From positions 28,078 through 92,077 of the forward strand of contig CAYMSV010000002.1 of assembly GCA_964393205.1 (NCBI GenBank): a stretch of DNA of 64,000 nucleotides, written 5' to 3'. The stretch comes from an uncultured Pseudomonadales bacterium (GTDB lineage Bacteria; Patescibacteriota; Microgenomatia; UBA1400; PJMF01). This document shows positions 49,995 through 58,572 of this stretch, piece after piece. Within the stretch, counting starts at the first letter, position 1. The number at the start of each line of letters is the position of its first letter. The position numbers and the translations under genes are program-made. The notes under the pieces are model-generated. The model did not search any database and was not told where the DNA came from. It was given only the letters and a program-made list of their open reading frames with translations.

Positions 49995-50106
49995 AATATC
50001 TCTGATCTAGGACAGTTCAATATAATTTAATAATTAAAAACAATTTATATTAGAGTCTTATAATAACATAAATCAGGATTTTTTTCAATCAAGCTTAAAA
50101 CATAAA

Positions 50107-50496
50107 ATGACAAAAAATATTCAGAAAATTTTTGAACTACCATTAGTGATAGTACTCATTAGTTTTTTAGCTATTCTTTTAATTTTATCTCTACAAGAAA
50201 ATAAAAAAAAATCACTAATTGATACTAAAAATCTTGAACAAAACCAAAAAAGCGTTGAACTTTTTGAGAAGAAAGTCGAAGAAAAAGAAGAATTTCTACA
50301 ACAAGCTCAAGATGACCTATATAAAGAAAAACTAATCAGAGATGAACTCGTAAAAAGCAAAGATGAAGAAATTGTTGTACAAATACCAGTAAATGACTCT
50401 GACCATGCAAAAGAAAATAATCAAGAAACACTAGACAAAAGTGACTATAGAGTGCAGAATTGGAGGGCTTGGTGGAAGTTACTTACCAAACGGTAA
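50107..50496 (+). CDS. Hypothetical membrane-anchored coiled-coil protein (FtsB/DivIC-like architecture)
   Basis: N-terminal TM helix, then charged coiled-coil. No specific motif. Confidence 0.35.
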   Translation: MTKNIQKIFELPLVIVLISFLAILLILSLQENKKKSLIDTKNLEQNQKSVELFEKKVEEKEEFLQQAQDDLYKEKLIRDELVKSKDEEIVVQIPVNDSDHAKENNQETLDKSDYRVQNWRAWWKLLTKR

Positions 50497-50512
50497 GAGA
50501 AAGGTCCAAGTC

Positions 50513-51277
50513 ATGCAATATTTCAATTTTCAAGGTAAAAAAGCTCTCGTAACTGGTGCATCTAGTGGTCTCGGCAGACGTTTTGCCCTTGTTTTGGCTA
50601 AAGCTGGCGCCGATGTGGCACTAGCTGCTCGCCGAGAAGACAAACTCAAAGAGGTAGCAAAAGAGATTGAAGATCTGGGCCAAAAAGCTTTGGTTTTAAA
50701 AATGGATGTAACTAAAGAAGAAGAAATCAAAAATGGCGTAGCAAAAATTAAAAAGGAGTGGCAAACTCTGGACATTTTAGTTAATAACGCTGGCACCTCA
50801 ACCATGGCTCCAGCAGAAGAAATGCCTCTTGAAGATTGGCAAAAGGTAGTTGACGTCAATTTAACTGGCGTTTTCTTGGTAGCTAAACATGCCGGCGCTT
50901 TAATGAAAGAGAAACAATTTGGTAGAGTAATTAATATTGCCTCTATGTACGGTTTGGTGGCTAATAGCGCTTTTAATGTCGCTAATTATCATGCTAGCAA
51001 AGGTGCAGTAGTAAATCTAACGCGTGCTCTAGCAGCTGAATGGGCAAAATATAATATTACGGTCAACGCTATTGGGCCAGGATTTTTTGAATCTGAAATG
51101 ACTGGTGATTTCATTAATACTGATGATTTTAAACAATATGTAACAATTAGCTGTCCCATGAAAAGAGTAGGCAAAAAGGAAGAATTAGATACCACTCTAC
51201 TTTTTTTAGCAGCTGAAGCCAGTAGCTACGTTACCGGTCAAACAATCGCAGTTGACGGAGGCTGGACGGCTATCTGA
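50513..51277 (+). CDS. Short-chain dehydrogenase/reductase (SDR) family oxidoreductase
   Basis: TGASSGLG cofactor motif, NNAG, catalytic YHASKGAV (YxxxK). Start taken at the internal ATG (MQYFNFQGKKALVTGA). Confidence 0.8.
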   Translation: MQYFNFQGKKALVTGASSGLGRRFALVLAKAGADVALAARREDKLKEVAKEIEDLGQKALVLKMDVTKEEEIKNGVAKIKKEWQTLDILVNNAGTSTMAPAEEMPLEDWQKVVDVNLTGVFLVAKHAGALMKEKQFGRVINIASMYGLVANSAFNVANYHASKGAVVNLTRALAAEWAKYNITVNAIGPGFFESEMTGDFINTDDFKQYVTISCPMKRVGKKEELDTTLLFLAAEASSYVTGQTIAVDGGWTAI

Positions 51278-51300
51278 TAAATGCGCTAGAATAGCGCTAT

Positions 51301-51786
51301 ATGAAAAAAATTAATTGGAAAAGGCTAATAATTGCCTTAGTTTTACCTCAATTGGCCGGCCTCATTGGTTCATTATTTACCACTCAAGCAATTCCAACCT
51401 GGTACGCCACTCTTAATAGACCTAGTTTTGCACCACCAAACTGGTTGTTTGCTCCAGCCTGGACGCTGTTATTCATCTTAATGGGGATTGCCTTCTATTT
51501 AGTTTGGCAAAGTCCGGTTAAAGGATCACAAGAAAAAATAAAGCGTCAAGCCATCAAATTTTTTCTTATTCAACTGGTATTTAATACCTTATGGAGCATC
51601 ATTTTCTTTGGTCAGCAATTACTCTATTTAGCTTTTGTAGAAATTGTCATTTTGTGGATCTTGATTTTATTAACTATTTTACGCTTCAACAAAATTAAAC
51701 CATTAGCTGCCTATTTAATGATTCCTTATTTACTGTGGGTAACTTTTGCCAGTGTTTTAAACCTGGGCTTCGCGCTACTTAATTAA
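51301..51786 (+). CDS. tspO: TspO/MBR family protein (tryptophan-rich sensory protein)
   Basis: Five TM helices. WYATLNRPSFAPPNWLFAPAWTLLF matches the TspO signature. Confidence 0.8.
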   Translation: MKKINWKRLIIALVLPQLAGLIGSLFTTQAIPTWYATLNRPSFAPPNWLFAPAWTLLFILMGIAFYLVWQSPVKGSQEKIKRQAIKFFLIQLVFNTLWSIIFFGQQLLYLAFVEIVILWILILLTILRFNKIKPLAAYLMIPYLLWVTFASVLNLGFALLN

Positions 51787-51825
51787 AAATCTGATTTAAA
51801 AGTTAAAAAGTTTGTTAAAGGAACT

Positions 51826-52221
51826 ATGCTCTATTATTTCAAGCTATATTTATTAAGCTTCATCGCTTTTTTGGCCATTGATGCAGTCTGGCTAGGCTTA
51901 GTTGCCAAAAATTTTTATGCCAAACACTTAGGATATCTAATGGCTGAACAGCCTAATTTAGTTGCTGCTTTAATTTTTTATTTAATTTTTGTAGTAGCCA
52001 TTTTGGTTTTAATTGTGATTCCTACACTCCAATCTCCACTTTGGAAAACTCTACTAATGGCAGCTCTTTTTGGTTTTGCCAGTTACGCTACCTATGATTT
52101 AACTAATTTAGCTACCGTTAAAGACTGGCCTCTGATAGTTACTATTGTTGATTTAATCTGGGGAACTAGCATTGCCACCATTACAGCCTTTATTGCTCGA
52201 TTAATTGCTGAGCGCCTATGA
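51826..52221 (+). CDS. DUF2177-like integral membrane protein
   Basis: 131 aa, four predicted TM helices. Overlaps the next ORF by 4 nt. Confidence 0.5.
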   Translation: MLYYFKLYLLSFIAFLAIDAVWLGLVAKNFYAKHLGYLMAEQPNLVAALIFYLIFVVAILVLIVIPTLQSPLWKTLLMAALFGFASYATYDLTNLATVKDWPLIVTIVDLIWGTSIATITAFIARLIAERL

Positions 52222-52733
52222 AAAAAAAGCCAGTAGTAGTCAAAGTTAATGATAAGTTTCAAAAAAATTACCATTATTTATTGATCGAAGAAGAAGGTAA
52301 AAACTTCGACGAAGAATTCCAGCCAGAATTAACTCCAGCAGAAATGCTAAAGCTTGGAGTCTTTGGTGGTCGTTACTTAAATGACTGTCAAGACGAATTT
52401 CCTCAGTCTTGGTTTAAAAAAGCTAAATTATCTCCTGATAAAAAAATGGCTAAATTAAATTTTTTTAATGTCAATGCTAGTCAATCTCTAGCTACTTGGC
52501 AGAAGAAGGGATGGATTTATCATGAAGACCCACGCGGTTGGTTTCAGTGGTATTGTCGCTATTTTATGGGTCGACGCTTGCCTGAGGACGACCAGCGACA
52601 AATTAAGCGCTGGAAGGCAATGAAGCGCCACCTCGCTCAAATTAAAAACAATTGTCTTAAGGGTGATTTAAATTGTCGAACCAAACAACGTCAGGCCCTG
52701 CTGCATTGGGCTTACGACTCAAGAAAGATTTAA
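52218..52733 (+). CDS. Conserved hypothetical protein (Trp/Arg-rich; WFQWYCRYFMGRR motif)
   Basis: 171-aa soluble protein. No family recognised with confidence. Confidence 0.45.
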   Translation: MKKKPVVVKVNDKFQKNYHYLLIEEEGKNFDEEFQPELTPAEMLKLGVFGGRYLNDCQDEFPQSWFKKAKLSPDKKMAKLNFFNVNASQSLATWQKKGWIYHEDPRGWFQWYCRYFMGRRLPEDDQRQIKRWKAMKRHLAQIKNNCLKGDLNCRTKQRQALLHWAYDSRKI

Positions 52734-52734
52734 A

Positions 52735-52932
52735 TCAAAAATAAACATCCTCTAATTCTTTTGCAAGAACTTGTCTTGGTTGAGAATGATCATGTCTTTC
52801 AAGCATATAAAATAATTTGTCGTCTTGAGGAGAGTAGCCAATCGAAAAAATCTTCCAAGTTAGACCTTCGAAATAAACTGAATCACCTTTTTTAAACCTC
52901 GCTCGCGACCGAATTATTTGATCAGTATTCAT
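52735..52932 (-). CDS. Hypothetical small protein
   Basis: 65-aa ORF, no motif. Confidence 0.3.
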   Translation of the reverse strand: MNTDQIIRSRARFKKGDSVYFEGLTWKIFSIGYSPQDDKLFYMLERHDHSQPRQVLAKELEDVYF

Positions 52933-52989
52933 ATTGATAGTTACATTCTATCAAAACAATTTTTAACTACAAAACTACTTCTAAAATTA

Positions 52990-53250
52990 TTATTTAGAAC
53001 GAGAATTCTGTATGATTCTTAGACCAGATATACGATATGATTCTATTTGGGTTTCTTGTAAAATTTCAATCAATGCTGAACTAACTTCTTTAGCTTTCTC
53101 GGAATCAATTGTAGCTAATAAATTAATTAAATATGGAAGCCTTCTGGACAAAGACTCAAGCTCACTCACAATATCTTTTTCTTCTTCCAGCGGATCTTTT
53201 CCATCACAACCTTCTTTTATACAATCACCTAAAAATTGTTCTTTAGGCAT
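52990..53250 (-). CDS. Hypothetical small acidic protein
   Basis: 86-aa ORF, no motif. Confidence 0.3.
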   Translation of the reverse strand: MPKEQFLGDCIKEGCDGKDPLEEEKDIVSELESLSRRLPYLINLLATIDSEKAKEVSSALIEILQETQIESYRISGLRIIQNSRSK

Positions 53251-53302
53251 AAAAACCTTTCAAAAAACCACCAATCAAGGTGGCAGTTAATAATCACTAA
53301 TT

Positions 53303-53320
53303 TATTGTTGCGGGACTAGG
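53303..53320. repeat. Direct repeat copy of the tRNA-fMet 3' end (TATTGTTGCGGGACTAGG); second copy at 53447-53464
   Basis: 18-nt near-identical direct repeat (one mismatch) 144 bp apart. Between the copies lies a tRNA T-arm-like remnant (CCAG-TTCGAAT-CTGAC on the minus strand, ~53360-53385) with no matching 5' half. Confidence 0.5.
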
Positions 53321-53413
53321 TCCTCCGCCCATGCTCCGGACATTCCCTCGCTAGAAGCTCGGTCAGATTCGAACTGGCTTTGCCAAACAACTCAAAGTTA
53401 ATCACAGAATAAA

Positions 53414-53446
53414 TAAAAAAAGACGACCTACGTCGTCCTTTTTTAT
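53414..53446. terminator. Bidirectional hairpin terminator just 3' of the tRNA-fMet gene
   Basis: aaaaaaa-GACGAC-ctac-GTCGTC-cttttttattt. Confidence 0.5.
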
Positions 53447-53451
53447 TTATG

Positions 53452-53520
53452 TTGCGGGACTAGGAGTCGAACCTAGCCTGTGGGATTATGAGCCCCACGT
53501 GCACCGTACACTATCCCGCG
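53452..53520 (-). tRNA. Initiator tRNA-fMet (anticodon CAT), compact 69-nt form
   Basis: Reverse complement CGCGGGA-TA-GTGT-ACGGT-GCAC-G-TGGGG-CTCATAA-TCCCA-CAGG-CTAGG-TTCGACT-CCTAG-TCCCGCA-A. C1.A72 mismatch and three consecutive G-C pairs in the anticodon stem are initiator hallmarks (cf. E. coli CGCGGGG...CCCCGCAACCA). 5-nt D-loop. Confidence 0.7.
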
Positions 53521-53602
53521 TTTTGATAAGCGCTATTATAGCTTAAGCTCTGCTTGTTTTTCAAGAGAAAAAATCTTAAAATATGCCTTGATCAACATAA
53601 TC

Positions 53603-53676
53603 GGCGAGGTAGCTCAGTTGGTTAGAGCATCGGATTCATAAACCGAAGGTCGTGAGTTCAAGTCTCACCCTCGCTA
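53603..53676 (+). tRNA. tRNA with CAT anticodon (elongator Met or Ile2-lysidine type)
   Basis: GGCGAGG-TA-GCTC-AGTTGGTTA-GAGC-A-TCGGA-TTCATAA-ACCGA-AGGTC-GTGAG-TTCAAGT-CTCAC-CCTCGCT-A. Good cloverleaf with G1.U72 wobble and A31.A39. Confidence 0.8.
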
Positions 53677-53680
53677 CAAC

Positions 53681-53716
53681 AAAAAAAGGAGGTCACTACA
53701 ACCTCCTTTTTATTTT
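53681..53716. terminator. Bidirectional rho-independent terminator (tRNA on plus, groEL on minus)
   Basis: aaaaaaa-GGAGGT-cactaca-ACCTCC-ttttt. Confidence 0.6.
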
Positions 53717-53734
53717 CAGCGGTAACAAAATGCT

Positions 53735-55384
<1,650 letters not shown>

Positions 55385-55404
55385 TTAATTAATTTATCTT
55401 TTAA

Positions 55405-55710
55405 CTATTTTATAATTGCTAAAATATCTTCAAATTTTAAAAATTGATATTCTATTTCATCAATGGTGACATCATTGCCGCCCCATTTTTTATAGACGAC
55501 TTTATCAGCAATTTTAACAGGCGCCTTAATTTCCTTAACTCCACTTTCCCAAACCGAATCTCCAACTGCCAAAACCGTACCATATTGTGGTTTCTCGCTG
55601 TCATCGACAGCCAAAATAATCCCCGACGCTGTTTGTTTTTCTTTTTCAGCGGGTTCAACTAATACATAACCGGCGGTGGGTTTGAGTTTTTTAACATCCA
55701 ACTTTGACAT
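55405..55710 (-). CDS. groES: Co-chaperonin GroES
   Basis: MSKLDVKKLKPTAGYVLVEP... Start taken at the internal ATG (55708-55710); the longer ORF adds a non-homologous leader. Confidence 0.9.
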   Translation of the reverse strand: MSKLDVKKLKPTAGYVLVEPAEKEKQTASGIILAVDDSEKPQYGTVLAVGDSVWESGVKEIKAPVKIADKVVYKKWGGNDVTIDEIEYQFLKFEDILAIIK

Positions 55711-55803
55711 AAAAAACCTTTCTGTTTTATTTATTCTTAAATTTAAGAACTTAATAAGTAAATGCTCATTGGAGCTTTTAAAAAATATCACAAAATTAAA
55801 TTT

Positions 55804-55830
55804 TTAGCAACTGCCGAATTTGACTGCTAA
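55804..55830. promoter_or_regulatory. CIRCE-like inverted repeat upstream of groES
   Basis: TTAGCAACT-GCCGAATTT-GACTGCTAA. 9-nt spacer. Shares the GACTGCTA half-site with the dnaK element. Confidence 0.5.
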
Positions 55831-56256
55831 TTAACCATCTATGACTTGTTTATCATAAAAAATCGTATTCATCAATGAAATTGCCTTTTTCAACTCTTCA
55901 GCTAAATCCAAAGAAAGCTTAGAATTATCATTGCCACCTCTAAGAGCAATTAGAGACAAGTTGGAATCATGAATAATTAATTGAGTTAATTGAGTAAAAA
56001 GCTGTTGGTTGCTACTTAACCACCTATTTCTCTCTTTTTCCGTTTTCAGTGAAACGTTTTCTAAAAAATCCGTTAATCTTTTCAGTTCAAAAATTTTAAG
56101 TTGTAGAGTAAATTCTAGCTGATTGTGGTCGATAATATCTTCAAATTGATGACTAATTGATAAAGGGCTCAGTTCATCATCAAAATCTTCTTCGTCTAAT
56201 TGATAACGTAATTTAATTTCATTTAATAAATCTTGTAAATTATCGTTTTTTGCCAT
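55831..56256 (-). CDS. Hypothetical protein
   Basis: 141-aa acidic, coiled-coil-like ORF. No motif. Confidence 0.4.
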   Translation of the reverse strand: MAKNDNLQDLLNEIKLRYQLDEEDFDDELSPLSISHQFEDIIDHNQLEFTLQLKIFELKRLTDFLENVSLKTEKERNRWLSSNQQLFTQLTQLIIHDSNLSLIALRGGNDNSKLSLDLAEELKKAISLMNTIFYDKQVIDG

Positions 56257-56305
56257 ATTTCAGGTTATAATATCCACCTTAAGAAGCATTATCATACAAG
56301 AGAGC

Positions 56306-57397
56306 ATGAAAATTTTAAAGCTTAATTTAACACAAAATAGTGAGAAAAAAATCAAGGATTGTATTGGTCTAGTTATTAGTACTATCAAAGCCGGTGGTTT
56401 AGTGATTTACCCAACTGAAACCACTTATGGTATTGGTGCTGATCCTGAAAACAAACAGGCCATAGATAAATTATTAAAATATAAAAGTCGCCGAGAAGGT
56501 AAGCCTCTATCTGTCGCTGTTAGCGATCAAAAAATGGCTGAGCGCTATGTCTTGATTAACCAACAAGCACAAAATTTTTATCAACGTTTTTTGCCAGGAC
56601 CATATACCGTCATCTCTAATTTAAAAAGCAATAGTCAAATTGATCAACGAGTAGCCAGTGAGTTTAATACTCTAGGAATTCGCATCCCCGACTACCCATT
56701 AATTTTAAAAATCCTCAATCAATTAGATCGAGGGATAACAGCCACTAGTGCCAACGCTTCAGATAAAAAACGCCCTTATCAAATCAGTGACATTTTAGAT
56801 AATCTCAGTGAAAAACAAAAAAGCTTAATTGACTTAATTGTTGATGTTGGTGAGCTACCCAGAAATGAACCGTCTGTGGTGATTGATACAACTCTTTCAA
56901 CACCAATTGCTTTGCGTGGCCAATTAAAAAAAACAGATAATTTCATTGAGTTTAAATCTAAAAGCGAAACTGAAACTCAAGAATTAGCCAAGCGTTTAAT
57001 GCTAAAAAATTGGAAAAGCTTAAAAAAACGGGGGCTAATTTTTGGCTTAAATGGCGAACTAGGCATGGGAAAAACTATTTTTGCTAAAGGGGTAGCTCAA
57101 TTCTTACAAATAGAAGAAGAAATTACTTCCCCAACCTACAGCTATCTTAATGAGTACAGTTACGAACGACAAGCTTGTACGGGATTTTTTTACCATCTAG
57201 ATGCTTGGAAAATTGATCAAAAAGAAGAGTTTCTATTATTAGAAGTTGAAAAGTTGTTATCAGCCCACAACGTCTTAGTGATCGAATGGTGGGATAAAAT
57301 AGCTGGTTTTTTGACAGAAGATTTTAAACAACAAGCAATCATCTTAGAATTGAGTGGACAAGATAATTGGCGAACGATTAAATTATGGGAAAAGTAA
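56306..57397 (+). CDS. Fused t6A-synthesis protein: TsaC/YrdC domain (N) + TsaE/YjeE P-loop domain (C)
   Basis: N-terminal YPTETTYGIGAD (YrdC/Sua5 signature) and SANASDK. C-terminal FGLNGELGMGKTIFAKGVA (TsaE Walker A) and SPTYSYLNEY (SPTF-type motif). Confidence 0.75.
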   Translation: MKILKLNLTQNSEKKIKDCIGLVISTIKAGGLVIYPTETTYGIGADPENKQAIDKLLKYKSRREGKPLSVAVSDQKMAERYVLINQQAQNFYQRFLPGPYTVISNLKSNSQIDQRVASEFNTLGIRIPDYPLILKILNQLDRGITATSANASDKKRPYQISDILDNLSEKQKSLIDLIVDVGELPRNEPSVVIDTTLSTPIALRGQLKKTDNFIEFKSKSETETQELAKRLMLKNWKSLKKRGLIFGLNGELGMGKTIFAKGVAQFLQIEEEITSPTYSYLNEYSYERQACTGFFYHLDAWKIDQKEEFLLLEVEKLLSAHNVLVIEWWDKIAGFLTEDFKQQAIILELSGQDNWRTIKLWEK

Positions 57398-58563
57398 AAA
57401 AAATAATTCTAGCTATCGATACCAGTTGTGATGATACTAGTGTAGCTGTAGTTCAAGGAACTCAAGTTTTAGCTAATATAGTTGCTTCACAAGCAATAAT
57501 TCACCAACAATATGGGGGTGTTTTTCCTACTCTGGCTAAACAAGCTCATCAAGAAAATATTGAAGCTTGTGTCAATTTAGCACTAAAAAGAGCTGGTCTG
57601 ATTAAAAACAAAAAGATTAATTATCAAAAACTATCAGCTTTAGCTGTTACTATTGGCCCCGGTTTAGCTCCAGCGCTAGAAGTTGGCATCCAACATGCTA
57701 AAAAATTAGCAAAATTATGGAATTTACCAATCATTACTGTCAATCATATAGAGGCACATGCTCTATCCCCCTTACTTGTTCCAAAAAACAATGATCAAAG
57801 AAGAAAAATTAATTTTCCAGTTTTAGCTATAGTCATTTCTGGAGGTCATAGTGAATTTATTTTAATTGAAGACATTGGTCAGTATCAGCGCTTGGGTTGG
57901 ACCGTTGACGATAGTGCTGGAGAATGCTTGGATAAGATTGGTCGCATGATCGATTTAGGCTATCCAGCTGGTCCAATTTTGGAAAAATTAGCTAAACAAG
58001 GAAATGCTGAGCGCTGGCAATTACCATTAGCCATGACAGCTGTTAGTAATTTTAATTTAAGTTTTTCTGGATTAAAAACAGCTGCCGGTCAACTCGTCAA
58101 TCAACTAAATAAAAATCAGGAATTAAATGCTCAGGCAGTTTGTGATTTGGCCGCCTGTGTTCAAAAACAAGTTTTTGCTCAAATTAATTATAAATTGGAG
58201 AAAATTCTACTAAGTTCAAATTTAGCAGAAAAAAAATATCCAAATGCTCAATTTTGCAAAAAAATTAAAAAAGGTGTAATAAAAGCACCCGTGACTAAAA
58301 TTAATGAAGTTTGGTTAGGAGGTGGAGTGAGTGCCAATATTGCTTTGCGTAGTAGCATTAGAAAAACTCTAAAAAACTATCAAAAATTATCTGGTAAAAA
58401 AATTAAACTTTACCTGCCCTATCACAAAAAATTTTGCGCTGATAATGCAGCCATGATTGGTCTAAGCGCGGGATTTTTAATTGATCGAAAAAAATCTAGT
58501 AATCCACAATCGCTAGATCGCCAACCAAATCTAAAAATCAATGACTTTTGTCAAGCGTGTTAA
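57385..58563 (+). CDS. tsaD: tRNA N6-adenosine threonylcarbamoyltransferase TsaD (Kae1/Gcp family)
   Basis: ILAIDTSCDDTSVAVV, HIEAHAL, GGVSAN. Overlaps the tsaC-tsaE fusion by 13 nt. Confidence 0.9.
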   Translation: MGKVKKIILAIDTSCDDTSVAVVQGTQVLANIVASQAIIHQQYGGVFPTLAKQAHQENIEACVNLALKRAGLIKNKKINYQKLSALAVTIGPGLAPALEVGIQHAKKLAKLWNLPIITVNHIEAHALSPLLVPKNNDQRRKINFPVLAIVISGGHSEFILIEDIGQYQRLGWTVDDSAGECLDKIGRMIDLGYPAGPILEKLAKQGNAERWQLPLAMTAVSNFNLSFSGLKTAAGQLVNQLNKNQELNAQAVCDLAACVQKQVFAQINYKLEKILLSSNLAEKKYPNAQFCKKIKKGVIKAPVTKINEVWLGGGVSANIALRSSIRKTLKNYQKLSGKKIKLYLPYHKKFCADNAAMIGLSAGFLIDRKKSSNPQSLDRQPNLKINDFCQAC

Positions 58564-58572
58564 AATAAGACA

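Noticed and set aside
49995-50106. Divergent strand switch at ~50 kb as a possible replication origin
   Set aside because: No dnaA/dnaN nearby, no recognisable DnaA-box clusters or AT-rich DUE pattern beyond background. The strand orientation flips again at 52.7 and 56.3 kb.
49995-50106. dif-like XerCD site adjacent to the recombinase gene
   Set aside because: I could not identify a 28-bp imperfect palindrome resembling known dif sites in the flanking intergenic sequence.
53321-53400. Possible complete second tRNA on the minus strand upstream of tRNA-fMet
   Set aside because: Only a T-arm-like hairpin (with one mismatch) and a copy of the fMet acceptor 3' strand are present, spaced too far apart (~55 nt). 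There is no matching 5' acceptor strand or anticodon arm, so it was treated as a remnant.
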